Below, piece after piece: positions 28,823 to 38,518 of a DNA stretch of 64,000 bases. Numbering within the stretch: position 1 is the stretch's first letter; each line of letters opens with the position of its first letter. Below the pieces are notes generated by a model. The model was not told the origin of the DNA. It did not search any database and saw nothing but the letters and a program-made list of their open reading frames with translations. This DNA is from an uncultured Clostridia bacterium (lineage in GTDB: Bacteria > Bacillota > Clostridia > Christensenellales > UBA1242), in contig CAKVFI010000003.1 in assembly GCA_934746715.1 (NCBI GenBank), forward strand, positions 164,741-228,740, in the 5' to 3' direction. The position numbers and the translations under genes are program-made.

Positions 28823-29545
28823 ATGCTAACAGGCAGTCAAACTGCGGAATTGTTGGTTTTGGCAAAGCAGGGCGACAATTCTGCCAAAGAAAAACTTATA
28901 ACATTTAACTCTCCACTTATCAAAAGCGTGATAAAAAGGTATCTTAACAGGGGTATAGAGTATGACGACTTGTATCAACTAGGGTCAATGGGCTTTGTTA
29001 AGGCAATAAACAATTACGACCCAAGTTTTAATGTTAAATTTACCACATATGCTGTGCCAATGATAGCAGGAGAGATAAAGCGCTTTTTGCGTGATGATGG
29101 CAGCGTTAAAGTTTCCAGAAGTGTTAAGCGTAACGCGGTGCTAATTAAAAACTATATTGCAGAATATCAGCGCAAATATGGCGAAAGTCCGTCAATGGAG
29201 CATCTTGCAAAAGAATTTAACATGGACAAAGTTGATTTGGTGTTTACAATGGAAGCAAACACAAATCCGCTTTCTTTAAACGAAAAATTTGACGATGGAG
29301 AAGACAGCGTAACCTTGTTTGATAAGGTGGCGGATAATTTTTCTTACGACAATTATATCGACAAACTTGCCTTGCGTGAAATGATTGAAAAACTTGACGC
29401 GCGTGAAAAACAAGTTATTTTAATGCGTTATTATTTTGACAAAACGCAAAGCGAAATTGCCGCCGAACTTGGGGTCAGCCAAGTGCAAGTTAGCCGCATA
29501 GAAAACAAAGTATTAAAAGAGATGAGAGAAAACATAAATATTTAA
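28823..29545 (+). CDS. sigF: sporulation sigma factor SigF
   Basis: Sigma-70 regions 2-4 (DLYQLGSMGFVKAINNYD, FTTYAVPMIAGEIKRFLRD, QSEIAAELGVSQVQVSRIE). Third gene of the spoIIA operon. Confidence 0.95.
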   Translation: MLTGSQTAELLVLAKQGDNSAKEKLITFNSPLIKSVIKRYLNRGIEYDDLYQLGSMGFVKAINNYDPSFNVKFTTYAVPMIAGEIKRFLRDDGSVKVSRSVKRNAVLIKNYIAEYQRKYGESPSMEHLAKEFNMDKVDLVFTMEANTNPLSLNEKFDDGEDSVTLFDKVADNFSYDNYIDKLALREMIEKLDAREKQVILMRYYFDKTQSEIAAELGVSQVQVSRIENKVLKEMRENINI

Positions 29546-29554
29546 TTCTATTAT

Positions 29555-29586
29555 TAAAAAAACTTGGTTTGGTGCCAAGTTTTTTC
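29555..29586. terminator. bidirectional terminator (sigF / lipoprotein gene)
   Basis: A7-CTTGG-tttggtg-CCAAG-T6. Confidence 0.8.
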
Positions 29587-29640
29587 GTTTAAAATCTATT
29601 TGTTTTTGATTATATCGCTTTGATGAAATATGTCAAAATT

Positions 29641-31200
29641 TTAGTTTTGCTTGTTTGCTTGTTTGCTTTTGAATTTTGAAAAGAAACCATTTACAGAACT
29701 TTTTATTTTTGCAAATTTTTGCTTTGGGGTTAATGTTTCATCGGTTTTATAGGTGTCGATGTTTTTTTTAAAATTAATTTTTTTTCGTGTCTTTTTTTGC
29801 GCTGTTGTTTGGTTATTTTGTGTGTTTGTGTTGTTTTGCACACCATTTGTTGTGTTGCCGTTGTTGTAATTAAAATTGGCGTTGTTAAAATTTTGATTGT
29901 AGTCATATCCGTAATTTGCAGGATAGCCGTACATATTTGGTGCGTAATAACCATAGCCATTTCCCATATAATTTCTTCCATAAGCGTCAGCAAATCTATC
30001 TAATAAAGCAGTGTTGTAAAAAGTGTCGATATTAGAGTGAAAATTGCCGTAACTATCAATGTTTGGTGTCAACCAAGTCCTTTTGTTGTCTTTTGTTTGT
30101 TCATTTTGAACGTTATCGTGATTTTCAGTGGTTGTGTTTTGATTTTCAGTGGTTGTGTTTTGATTGTCTGTGCTGTCTTTTTCTTGATTGTTTTGCGCAT
30201 TTTCAATTATTTTGCCATCTTTATCAATCATGTAGTCATAAACAACTGGTGGCTTGCCATTTTGCGTAAATCCGTACAAAATTCTGCCTTGATTGTTGCC
30301 ATCAATCGGTGCAGACATGCGCAACATCTGATTAATCATATTCATTGAATATAATCCGTCTTCAAGCATGGAATTGCCAGCATTTAAATTGTTTAAAAGC
30401 AACAGATATTTGAAAGTTAAATCGTCCAAATCGCCATTGGAATTGATTAATTTGCTCAAGTCATTAACGCTAAAATTCAATTCGTTTGTTACAACAGACA
30501 ATCGTTTGCCAAGGTTTTTAAGTTGAGATGATTGTTCAGTTAAAAATATTCTTTGTTCATTGCTTAAATCAATTTCGTTTTTGTTAACTTTATCAATCAA
30601 ATTTTGTGTTTCAACAATTGCGTTAACAAGTTGTTTTTTCAATTCGCAAAAATTATCACACTCGTTGTCAACATCGTCAGTTAAAGAGTATAGAGTAGAA
30701 ATCTTAATATTTGTGTCATTATCTTGTTTAGTTGTATCTTGTGTTGAGTTTTGGCTTTTGTCTGTTGGAATTTCGGCAACAATAGGCTTGCTTTTGTCGG
30801 TGCTTGGCAAAATTGTTGGTTGTTGTTCATCCAAAACATCATTATTTTGCTCATTTTCGCTTTCTGGAGTGCCGTTGCCAATATCTGTGGTTGTGTCAAT
30901 AGGTTTGTTGTCATTAATGTCTTTTGTTGGTAAGTTGCTTGTGTCTGTTTTTGGCTCTGTTTCTGCCACATCAGCATCTTCAAGATTTGCCACATCTATG
31001 CTCAAACGATATTTGTTAAGGTTAACTTTGTTCAAATATTGGTCGTTTAAATTGCTATATTCTTTAAACTGCTTTTGAAATTGGTTTATATTTGATTTGT
31101 AATTTGAAAAGGATAAATTTGCTTTTTCCTTGTCGTCATTGCAAGCAGAAAGCATAAAAGGCAAAGTTAAAATTGATAAAACTGGTAATATTTTTTTCAT
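29641..31200 (-). CDS. hypothetical lipoprotein, N/Q/T/D-rich low complexity
   Basis: Signal peptide with lipobox LSAC (MKKILPVLSILTLPFMLSAC). SD AAGGAG. Internal ENQNTTT duplication and an N/Y/G-rich C-terminal part. Confidence 0.75.
   Translation of the reverse strand: MKKILPVLSILTLPFMLSACNDDKEKANLSFSNYKSNINQFQKQFKEYSNLNDQYLNKVNLNKYRLSIDVANLEDADVAETEPKTDTSNLPTKDINDNKPIDTTTDIGNGTPESENEQNNDVLDEQQPTILPSTDKSKPIVAEIPTDKSQNSTQDTTKQDNDTNIKISTLYSLTDDVDNECDNFCELKKQLVNAIVETQNLIDKVNKNEIDLSNEQRIFLTEQSSQLKNLGKRLSVVTNELNFSVNDLSKLINSNGDLDDLTFKYLLLLNNLNAGNSMLEDGLYSMNMINQMLRMSAPIDGNNQGRILYGFTQNGKPPVVYDYMIDKDGKIIENAQNNQEKDSTDNQNTTTENQNTTTENHDNVQNEQTKDNKRTWLTPNIDSYGNFHSNIDTFYNTALLDRFADAYGRNYMGNGYGYYAPNMYGYPANYGYDYNQNFNNANFNYNNGNTTNGVQNNTNTQNNQTTAQKKTRKKINFKKNIDTYKTDETLTPKQKFAKIKSSVNGFFSKFKSKQANKQN
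30120..30161. repeat. 2 x 21-bp perfect tandem repeat inside the lipoprotein gene
   Basis: GATTTTCAGTGGTTGTGTTTT appears twice and encodes ENQNTTT twice on the minus strand. Confidence 0.9.
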
Positions 31201-31331
31201 ATTCGCTCCTTAATCTAGTTTGGATAAAATGCCAAAAATTATTTATAAAAAGCATTATATATTTGCAAAATTTTAATTAACCTTTGTTTTAAAGCACATA
31301 ATTTTGGCAATTATCGTTTTCAGAGGTGGAT

Positions 31332-31778
31332 ATGGACAAAAACAAAAGGAACACAAATTACAATTTGTATGTGGAATCAAAATTGCCAAAAACAAAAGCG
31401 TGGCCATCACTTTTAAAAGCATTTTTTTTGGGTGGTTTGATTTGTGCTATTGGGCAGGGGCTGTTTGATATGTATAGTTACTTTTTTCCAAATCTTGCGG
31501 AAAGTGAAGTTACAACTTGCATGTTGATGACAATCATCTTTATAACATGTTTGTTAACAGGAATTGGCGTTTACGATGTTATTGGCGCTTGGGGTGGCGC
31601 TGGTTCGGTTATTCCAATCACTGGGTTTAGCAACTCAATTTCAAGCCCAGCAATTGAATTTAAAAAGGAAGGCATTATTTACGGCATTTGCGTAAAAATG
31701 TTTACAATTGCAGGCCCTGTTATCGTTTGTGGTGTGGTTGGCTCAATTGTGTGTGGCTTTGTGGCGTTGTTTGTTTAG
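31332..31778 (+). CDS. spoVAC: stage V sporulation protein AC
   Basis: LLKAFFLGGLICAIGQ...GAGSVIPITGFSNSI. ATG 31332 lies behind AGAGG. Confidence 0.9.
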   Translation: MDKNKRNTNYNLYVESKLPKTKAWPSLLKAFFLGGLICAIGQGLFDMYSYFFPNLAESEVTTCMLMTIIFITCLLTGIGVYDVIGAWGGAGSVIPITGFSNSISSPAIEFKKEGIIYGICVKMFTIAGPVIVCGVVGSIVCGFVALFV

Positions 31779-31788
31779 GTGGTGGGAT

Positions 31789-32823
31789 ATGCAAACAATC
31801 ACATTAAAAGGCAATGCTTATTTGATGGAAGGCTATAGCATGGTTGGACCATTGGAAGGCAAAGGCCCATTGAAAGATTATTTTGACTTTTGCTTTGCTG
31901 ATGACACATTAAAGGAAAAAACATTTGAAAAGGCAGAAAGGAAATTGCTTAAAAACATCATTAAAGGAGCAATGCAAAAAGCGGGAACAGATATTGGGCA
32001 AATTGATTTTTTGTTTGGCGGTGATTTGCTTAATCAAATTGTTAGTTCCTCATATGCAGCACGCGATTTGGAATTGCCATTTGTAGGGCTTTATTCAGCG
32101 TGCGCCACAATGGCAGAAAGTTTGGCTCTTGGTGCAATTTTTGTAGACAATAATTTGGCAAAAAATGTTATAGCGGCAACATGTACGCATTTTAGCAGTG
32201 CGGAAAGGCAATATCGTTTTCCGTTGGAATTGGGCAATCAGCGCCCACCAACAGCACAATGGACGATTACTGGTGGCGGAGCAAGTGTTATAACCAGCAA
32301 GCAAAGCAAAATAAAAATCAAAGCAGTAACATTTGGCAAGGTTGTTGATTTTGGCATTGCCGATGTTAACAATATGGGTGCGGCAATGGCACCTGCGGCA
32401 GCGGATACAATTGAGCAGCACTTAATCAATCGTAATTTGAAAGTTGGCGATTTTGATTTTATTGCAACTGGAGATTTGGGTAAACTTGGAAGTGAGATTT
32501 TGATTGATATAATGGAGCGCAAAGGTTTTGTTATGGGCAAAAATTATGCAGATTGTGGGTGCATGATGTTTGACAAAACCGAGCGAGTGTTTATGGGTGG
32601 CAGTGGTGCTGGTTGCAGTGCCAGCATTTTAAATTCTTACATTTTAAACAAATTAAAAACAGGAGAATTTAAGCGTGTTTTGCTTGTTTCCTCTGGTGCA
32701 TTGATGAGCACAACAACATCACAACAAGGCGATACAATCCCCGGCATTGCCCACGCTGTGGAATTTGAATATTGCGGTAATTTGCCATCTAACGAACCCA
32801 AAAAGGAGACAAAAAATGTTTAA
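31789..32823 (+). CDS. spoVAD: stage V sporulation protein AD
   Basis: Thiolase-like fold sequence (VGPLEGKGPL, GDLLNQI, SACATMAESL, GAAMAPAAADTI). I take the start at ATG 31789, not the track start at 31708. Confidence 0.9.
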   Translation: MQTITLKGNAYLMEGYSMVGPLEGKGPLKDYFDFCFADDTLKEKTFEKAERKLLKNIIKGAMQKAGTDIGQIDFLFGGDLLNQIVSSSYAARDLELPFVGLYSACATMAESLALGAIFVDNNLAKNVIAATCTHFSSAERQYRFPLELGNQRPPTAQWTITGGGASVITSKQSKIKIKAVTFGKVVDFGIADVNNMGAAMAPAAADTIEQHLINRNLKVGDFDFIATGDLGKLGSEILIDIMERKGFVMGKNYADCGCMMFDKTERVFMGGSGAGCSASILNSYILNKLKTGEFKRVLLVSSGALMSTTTSQQGDTIPGIAHAVEFEYCGNLPSNEPKKETKNV

Positions 32824-33193
32824 TGTAATGGACTATATAATTTCATTTTTGGTTGGTGGATTTATTTGCTTTTTGGGGCAAATTTTGGTGATAAGAACAA
32901 AGATAACAACCGCACGCATATTGGTTTTGTTTTTAATCATTGGCATGATTTTGGAAGTGTTTAACATCTACGCACCATTTAAAGAATTTGCAAAGGCAGG
33001 TGCTAGCGTGCCAATCATAGGCTTTGGTGCAAGTTTGGCAAGAGGTGCAATAACAGCAACAAGGCAATTTGGCGTTTTGGGCATATTTACAGGTGGACTA
33101 ACTGCTGCAGCGGGCGGAATATCTATGGCGATATTTGCGTCTTTTGTGTTTGCGTTAATTTTCAGCAGCAAAACAAAGCGCGGTGGTCATTGA
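32816..33193 (+). CDS. spoVAE: stage V sporulation protein AE
   Basis: ATG 32816 lies behind AAGGAG. GGFICFLGQIL...VPIIGFGASLARG. Confidence 0.88.
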   Translation: MFNVMDYIISFLVGGFICFLGQILVIRTKITTARILVLFLIIGMILEVFNIYAPFKEFAKAGASVPIIGFGASLARGAITATRQFGVLGIFTGGLTAAAGGISMAIFASFVFALIFSSKTKRGGH

Positions 33194-33254
33194 CGAAAAT
33201 TGCAATAATTTGTTAAAAACAAATATCTTTAAATTTTTATTAATAATTTAATAT

Positions 33255-33905
33255 ATGAAAAAAGGCAGGTCAAAAAGAAAAATTAAAATTATTGTGGCTG
33301 TCTTTTTTGTTTTGATTATTACAAATTGTTATTTCTTTTTTATTTGTAGCCCGGTTATCAAAACATATTGCAAGGCAGAAACGCGCGCATTAACAGAAAA
33401 AGCAATCAATTTGGCTGTGAGCAATGTGATAAACAGAACTATAAGTTACGACACGTTAATTGATATCAATTATGACTCAAATGGCGAGATTATTTCATTT
33501 TCTGCCAATCAATACGAAATAAACAGCATAACAAGAGAAATTGTTAAAGAAGCACAACTTCAAATGCAAACGCTTGGCAATAATGGTTTAAAATTAAATT
33601 TTGGCACTTTAACAGGGATCCCAGTTTTAATAGGGCGCGGCCCATTAATCAATTTTAGGCTTGTGCCAATAGGTGCTGTTAGCAGCAAATTTGACAGCGA
33701 GTTTGATTCAGTTGGTATAAACATAACCAAACATACATTGTTTTTGTACATAAACACACATGTAAGCATAGTTATGCCAGTTAAGTCATATGATTTTTAT
33801 TCAACAAACCAAGTGATGTTGGCAGAGAGTATTATTGTGGGCAAAGTGCCAGAAGTGTACTTAAACGGTGGCAGTTTAGGAAAATCTTTAAATCTTGTGC
33901 CATAG
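33255..33905 (+). CDS. yunB: sporulation protein YunB
   Basis: N-terminal TM followed by AINLAVSNVI...ITREIVKEAQ...GIPVLIGRGPLINFRLVPIGAV, which is YunB-like. Confidence 0.8.
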   Translation: MKKGRSKRKIKIIVAVFFVLIITNCYFFFICSPVIKTYCKAETRALTEKAINLAVSNVINRTISYDTLIDINYDSNGEIISFSANQYEINSITREIVKEAQLQMQTLGNNGLKLNFGTLTGIPVLIGRGPLINFRLVPIGAVSSKFDSEFDSVGINITKHTLFLYINTHVSIVMPVKSYDFYSTNQVMLAESIIVGKVPEVYLNGGSLGKSLNLVP

Positions 33906-33908
33906 AGA

Positions 33909-33944
33909 TTGTTTTAAATTTAAACATGTGATATAATATCCAGT
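33909..33944 (+). promoter_or_regulatory. promoter fused to the start codon (leaderless geometry)
   Basis: TTGTTT (33909-33914), 17 nt spacer, TGaTATAAT (33932-33937), 7 nt, ATG 33945. No SD. Confidence 0.7.
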
Positions 33945-35051
33945 ATGTTATATTTCGACAACGCAGCCACAACAAAAATAAGCAAATCATCACTTGAAGC
34001 ATATGTTAAAGCAAGTGAATTGTTTTTTAATCCAAGTGCGCTATATGCAAATGCAGGAGAAGCAAAAAAGCAATTGGAAAATGCAAGGGCATATTTTGTT
34101 AAAAAATTTAATGGAGCACCTAAATCAACATTTATATTTACAGGTTCTGCCACAGAAGCAAACAATTCAGTTTTAAATGCACATATCACTCGTGCAGACA
34201 AAAAGTATATATTTAGTGCAGGGGAACATAGTTCAATATATGAAACTGCTAAAGCATATAAGGAAAAGGGATTTAATATTGTTTTTGTCCCACTAAACAA
34301 AGATGGTAGTGTTGATACAAATCAATTGTTTAAAGAGATAGATAATTCAACAGTGTTGGTTTCAGTAATACATGTTAGCAATGAAACTGGTGCAGTTAAT
34401 GATATCAAGGCAATAACAAAAAGAATTAAAGAAATTAATCCAAATGTATTTGTCCATTCAGACGGAGTGCAAGCAGTTGGCAAGTTGAACATTAATTTAG
34501 CAGATTTAGGCGTGGATTACTACACTATGAGTGCCCACAAGATAAATGGACCTAAAGGCGTGGCAGCGTTGTATATAAGCAAGCCTAATAGATTTAAACC
34601 ATTCATTTGTGGTGGCGGGCAAGAAATGAATTTGCGCTCTGGAACAGAAAATCTGCCGGGCATTTTGGCGTTTAAGCAAGCAGTTGAAGATTTAGTGTTG
34701 CATAACTATGCAGAATATAAGCAAGCAATTTTGCAAAACATCAAACAAGACCATATTTTGGTTTCAACCAACAAAAGCGTTGATAATATTATATCAATAT
34801 GTTTTAAAGGCGTTAGGGGAGAAACGATTTTGCATATGCTGGAATCTCTTGGATTTTTGATTGGCACTGGCAGTGCGTGTAACAGCAAAGCAGGGTTAAA
34901 CAGGGTGCTTGCTCCTATTGTGCCAAAAGATTACATAGAAGGAGCAATAAGGTTGTCTTTCGGCGATGATATTACGCTTAAAGACTGCTTAAATTTGGGT
35001 TTGGCCATTGACAATGCGGTGGCGGAATATAAAGCAAGGATAAAAAGATGA
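33945..35051 (+). CDS. cysteine desulfurase (NifS/IscS class), partner of ThiI
   Basis: HVSNETG, PLP lysine in SAHKINGPKG, catalytic Cys in GSACNS. Confidence 0.9.
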   Translation: MLYFDNAATTKISKSSLEAYVKASELFFNPSALYANAGEAKKQLENARAYFVKKFNGAPKSTFIFTGSATEANNSVLNAHITRADKKYIFSAGEHSSIYETAKAYKEKGFNIVFVPLNKDGSVDTNQLFKEIDNSTVLVSVIHVSNETGAVNDIKAITKRIKEINPNVFVHSDGVQAVGKLNINLADLGVDYYTMSAHKINGPKGVAALYISKPNRFKPFICGGGQEMNLRSGTENLPGILAFKQAVEDLVLHNYAEYKQAILQNIKQDHILVSTNKSVDNIISICFKGVRGETILHMLESLGFLIGTGSACNSKAGLNRVLAPIVPKDYIEGAIRLSFGDDITLKDCLNLGLAIDNAVAEYKARIKR

Positions 35052-36205
35052 TAAACAATATTATTTTGATTAGATTTAATGAAATTCATTTGAAAGGTGG
35101 CAACAAAAAGTATTTTACACACCTTCTTTTTGAAAATATAAAGCATGCATTAAAAGGTTATGAGTGCAAGATTGAAAACATTCAAAATCGCTTGTTGGTG
35201 CGCAATTACACAGATGAAAATGGCATTATTGATGAATTAAAATGCGTTTTTGGCGTTCATTCCATTTCAAAAGCGGTTGAAATTGACAATTCTGTTGAAC
35301 TAATAAACAACTATGTTGCTGGTTTGAAAATCGATGGCAGTTTTAAATGCGAAGTTAATAGGGCAGAAAAATCATTTCCAATCAAATCAAATGAATATGC
35401 CGCAGACCTTGGCGAGATTGTGTTAAAAAACAATGCAAATGCTTATGTTGACATTCACAAGCCAAACACAGTTGTTCATGTTGATATTCGTGAAAATGGC
35501 AAAACTTACATTTTTAATGAAATAATTTATGCATATTCTGGTTTACCATTGGGAGAATATCGCGATGGTTTGCTGATGTTGAGCGGTGGTATCGATAGCC
35601 CTGTTGCTGGATTTTGCATGGCAAAACGCGGTTTAAGGCAAGACATTTTGCATTTTGACAGTTTTCCATACACAAGCCCACAAGCAAAGCAAAAAGTTAT
35701 TGACATTGCAAAACGAGTTAAAAAGTTTATTGGTGCAAAATATATGTATATTTGCAGCATGACAAAAATGCAAGAAGAATTTCATATTCAATGCAAAACA
35801 GAATTTGCAATCAATTTGTTGCGTAGGGCAATGATCAGAGTTGCAAATGCTGTTTGCGACAAATTTAATTACAAAACAATAGTAACAGGCGAAAGTTTGG
35901 GGCAAGTTGCAAGCCAAACAATTGAAAGTTTAACAAGCACAAATGCAGTGGCAAAATATCCTGTTTTGCGTCCATTAATCAGTTTTAACAAGCAAGACAT
36001 CATCGAAATTGCTCAAGATATCAACACATACGATTTGTCAATTTTGCCATATGAAGATTGCTGCACAGTGTTTTTGCCACGCAATCCAGTTATAAAACCC
36101 AAAATTAGTGAAAGTGAAAAGGAAGAGGCAAAAGTGATCAACTATAACAGTTTGCTCAATGCAGTTTTGGAAAATATGGAAATTATTGATTTGGATAAAG
36201 TTTAA
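35048..36205 (+). CDS. thiI: tRNA 4-thiouridine(8) synthase ThiI
   Basis: THUMP N-terminal part and PP-loop LSGGIDSPVA. Has no rhodanese domain, which is the Firmicute type. Confidence 0.93.
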   Translation: MINNIILIRFNEIHLKGGNKKYFTHLLFENIKHALKGYECKIENIQNRLLVRNYTDENGIIDELKCVFGVHSISKAVEIDNSVELINNYVAGLKIDGSFKCEVNRAEKSFPIKSNEYAADLGEIVLKNNANAYVDIHKPNTVVHVDIRENGKTYIFNEIIYAYSGLPLGEYRDGLLMLSGGIDSPVAGFCMAKRGLRQDILHFDSFPYTSPQAKQKVIDIAKRVKKFIGAKYMYICSMTKMQEEFHIQCKTEFAINLLRRAMIRVANAVCDKFNYKTIVTGESLGQVASQTIESLTSTNAVAKYPVLRPLISFNKQDIIEIAQDINTYDLSILPYEDCCTVFLPRNPVIKPKISESEKEEAKVINYNSLLNAVLENMEIIDLDKV

Positions 36206-36303
36206 AACACAACATATAGTGTTTGTTATATTTTAAATACACAATTATAAGTCAAGTTTATTTTATTAGTTAAGCACAAATTGCTTCAAACTTTAAGATA
36301 TGC

Positions 36304-36332
36304 TTGACTTGTTTTTTTATTTAATATATAAT
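36304..36332 (+). promoter_or_regulatory. candidate sigma-A promoter about 240 nt upstream of rny
   Basis: TTGACT (36304-36309), 17 nt spacer, TATAAT (36327-36332). Confidence 0.5.
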
Positions 36333-36571
36333 TATTATATCGTTGAATGCGATTATATTTAGCCGAAGTTGAATAAATTTTGTATTAGTGGTTTAATCAA
36401 CTTCGTTTTGCAATAATTCAATTTTAATTTATTGTTGCGCAAAACTAAACCTATATAAAGCAAATTAGGAGTAGTTTAAGCAACAAAACATCGAAATATT
36501 TTGATAAATAATCAATTTTGAATTTTTTGATATATTAAATATTTTAGTATTACGATTTAAAGGGTGGAATT

Positions 36572-38161
36572 ATGAATTTAACAAATATGTTACTTTCTGT
36601 TAGTCCGGCTCTTACAATTATTTTATCAATTATTATGCTTGCCATTGGTGGTGGAGCAGGTTTTGGCATCACTTCAGTTGTTGTAAACAAAAAAACAAAA
36701 TCAGCACGTGCAAATGCAGATAAAATATTGGAAGAAGCACGCGTTCAAGCAGAAAAAATTAAAAAAGATCAAGTTGAACAAACAAACAAAGAAATTGACT
36801 TGCTTAAATCAACTTTTGAGCGTGAAAACAAGGAAAGAAGAGAAGAAGCTAAACGCAGTGAAGAGCGTTTGTACGCTCGTGAAGAATTGCTTTCTAAACG
36901 CGAAACAGCACTTGACAAAAAAGTTGATGAACTTGAAGCAAATAAAGAGCGTGTTCGCAATCAAATTGAAGCACTCAACAGCAAGGAAAGTGCTCTTGAC
37001 GATTTGCAAGAAAGCATTGTTAAAGAACTTGAAAAAGTTAGCGGCATGACAAAGGACGAAGCTAAACAAGTTATCATTGACCGCTACACTGATGAAGCAA
37101 AGGTTGACGCTGTTAAACTTGCAAAAGAAATTGAAGATAAAGCCAAGGAAGAAGCAGACAAAAAAGCAAGAAACATTATCACTTTGGCAATTCAAAAATG
37201 TGCAGTTGACAACACAAGTGAAGTTACAACAAGTGTTGTTACATTGCCAAGTGAAGAGATGAAAGGTCGCATTATTGGTCGTGAAGGGCGCAATATTCGT
37301 GCATTGGAAGCAGCAACAGGCATCGACTTTATTGTTGATGACACTCCAGAAGCAATCACATTGTCTGGCTTTGACCCTGTGCGCCGTGAAATTGCGCGTA
37401 TTGCTCTTGAAAAATTGATTTTAGATGGTCGCATTCACCCAGCACGTATTGAAGAGTTGGTGCAAAAAGTTCAACGCGATGTTGAAGAAACAATTAAGGA
37501 AGCGGGTGAAAATGCTTGCTTTGATGCCGACATTCACAACATTCATCCAGAAATTGTAAAAGTTTTGGGCAGATTGAAATACCGCACAAGTTATGGTCAA
37601 AATGTGCTTAATCATTCTTTGGAAGTTTCGTACATTGCTGGCATGTTGGCTGCGGAAGTTGGAGCAAATGAAAAGGTTGCTCGCCGTGCTGGCTTGTTGC
37701 ACGATTTGGGCAAAGCAGTTGACCACGAAGTTGAAGGCACACACGTTAGTATTGGTGTTGAACTTGCTCGTAAATACAAGGAAAGCGAAGCAGTTATTCA
37801 TTGTATTGAAGCACATCACAACGATGTTGAACCTCGCACTCTTGAAGCCGTTATCGTGCAAGCAGCAGATGCAATTTCAAGTTCTCGTCCGGGTGCAAGG
37901 CGCGAAAGTTTGGAAAATTACATCAAGCGTTTGCAAGAGTTGGAAGCAATAGCAAACAAACACACTGGCGTTGAAAAAACTTATGCAATTCAAGCGGGTC
38001 GTGAAATTCGTGTGATGGTTAAACCAGAACAAATCAGTGATGATGAAGCACAAGTTTTGGCTCATGATATTGCCAAAGAAATTGAAGCACAACTTGAATA
38101 TCCTGGGCATATCAAAGTTAATGTAATTCGAGAATCTCGTTTTACAGACACTGCAAAATAA
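36572..38161 (+). CDS. rny: ribonuclease Y
   Basis: N-terminal TM, coiled coil, KH ([15 protein letters not shown]) and HD ([12 protein letters not shown]) domains. Confidence 0.96.
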   Translation: MNLTNMLLSVSPALTIILSIIMLAIGGGAGFGITSVVVNKKTKSARANADKILEEARVQAEKIKKDQVEQTNKEIDLLKSTFERENKERREEAKRSEERLYAREELLSKRETALDKKVDELEANKERVRNQIEALNSKESALDDLQESIVKELEKVSGMTKDEAKQVIIDRYTDEAKVDAVKLAKEIEDKAKEEADKKARNIITLAIQKCAVDNTSEVTTSVVTLPSEEMKGRIIGREGRNIRALEAATGIDFIVDDTPEAITLSGFDPVRREIARIALEKLILDGRIHPARIEELVQKVQRDVEETIKEAGENACFDADIHNIHPEIVKVLGRLKYRTSYGQNVLNHSLEVSYIAGMLAAEVGANEKVARRAGLLHDLGKAVDHEVEGTHVSIGVELARKYKESEAVIHCIEAHHNDVEPRTLEAVIVQAADAISSSRPGARRESLENYIKRLQELEAIANKHTGVEKTYAIQAGREIRVMVKPEQISDDEAQVLAHDIAKEIEAQLEYPGHIKVNVIRESRFTDTAK

Positions 38162-38172
38162 GTTAAATATTA

Positions 38173-38199
38173 AAGGAAGAATTAAATTCTTCCTTTTTT
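38173..38199 (+). terminator. terminator after rny
   Basis: AAGGAAGAAT...ATTCTTCCTT followed by T5. Confidence 0.85.
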
Positions 38200-38220
38200 G
38201 TTTCAAATCAACACAAATCG

Positions 38221-38249
38221 TTGACAATGATTTTGTTATATGCTATTAT
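38221..38249 (+). promoter_or_regulatory. promoter of tRNA-Trp
   Basis: TTGACA (38221-38226), 17 nt spacer, TATTAT (38244-38249). Confidence 0.75.
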
Positions 38250-38261
38250 AAAATAGCGTAA

Positions 38262-38336
38262 AGGGGAGTGGCTCAACGGTAGAGTAGTGGTCTCCAAAAC
38301 CATTGGTTGCGTGTTCGAATCGCGTCTCCCCTGCCA
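38262..38336 (+). tRNA. tRNA-Trp (CCA)
   Basis: AGGGGAG...CTCCCCT-G-CCA acceptor. Anticodon loop CTCCAAA. T-loop TTCGAAT. Confidence 0.92.
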
Positions 38337-38345
38337 AAATTAATT

Positions 38346-38390
38346 TTGCTTATTACCTGAATATTTTGGGTGATTTAAGCAATTTTTTTT
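38346..38390 (+). terminator. terminator after tRNA-Trp
   Basis: Imperfect hairpin TGCTTATTACC...GGGTGATTTAAGCA followed by T8. Confidence 0.6.
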
Positions 38391-38482
38391 AATAAATTGG
38401 AATTTTATTAATGCGAAAAATATTTTAAATTCGTATATCAATTTGTTTATTGAACAAACAAAAAAACCACAATAAGTTTTTG

Positions 38483-38518
38483 TTTACAACTTTTGCATTT
38501 TGTGGTATCATATTAACA
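38483..38518 (+). promoter_or_regulatory. promoter fused to the start codon (leaderless geometry)
   Basis: TTTACA (38483-38488), 17 nt spacer, TGgTATCAT (38506-38511), 7 nt, ATG 38519. Confidence 0.65.

Noticed and set aside
31201-31331. Sigma-G or sigma-F promoter upstream of spoVAC
   Set aside because: Only a weak CATAATT -10-like element is present, with no acceptable -35 at 17-18 nt. That is not enough to annotate.
33954-33960. Exact Spo0A-box sequence (TTCGACA, rc TGTCGAA)
   Set aside because: It lies within codons 4-6 of the cysteine desulfurase gene (Y-F-D-N). A single 7-mer is expected by chance in 64 kb.
37421-37861. Long antisense or shadow ORFs inside well-supported genes (for example 37421-37861 in rny, 30560-31078 in the lipoprotein gene, 63452-63970 in proS, 15149-15520 in ytfJ, 42456-42836 in the PadR gene, 33920-34300 in the desulfurase gene)
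   Set aside because: Each is fully embedded opposite or out of frame to a gene with clear family motifs. They have low-complexity or Cys/Phe-rich translations and no RBS. These are typical frame shadows in AT-rich DNA.
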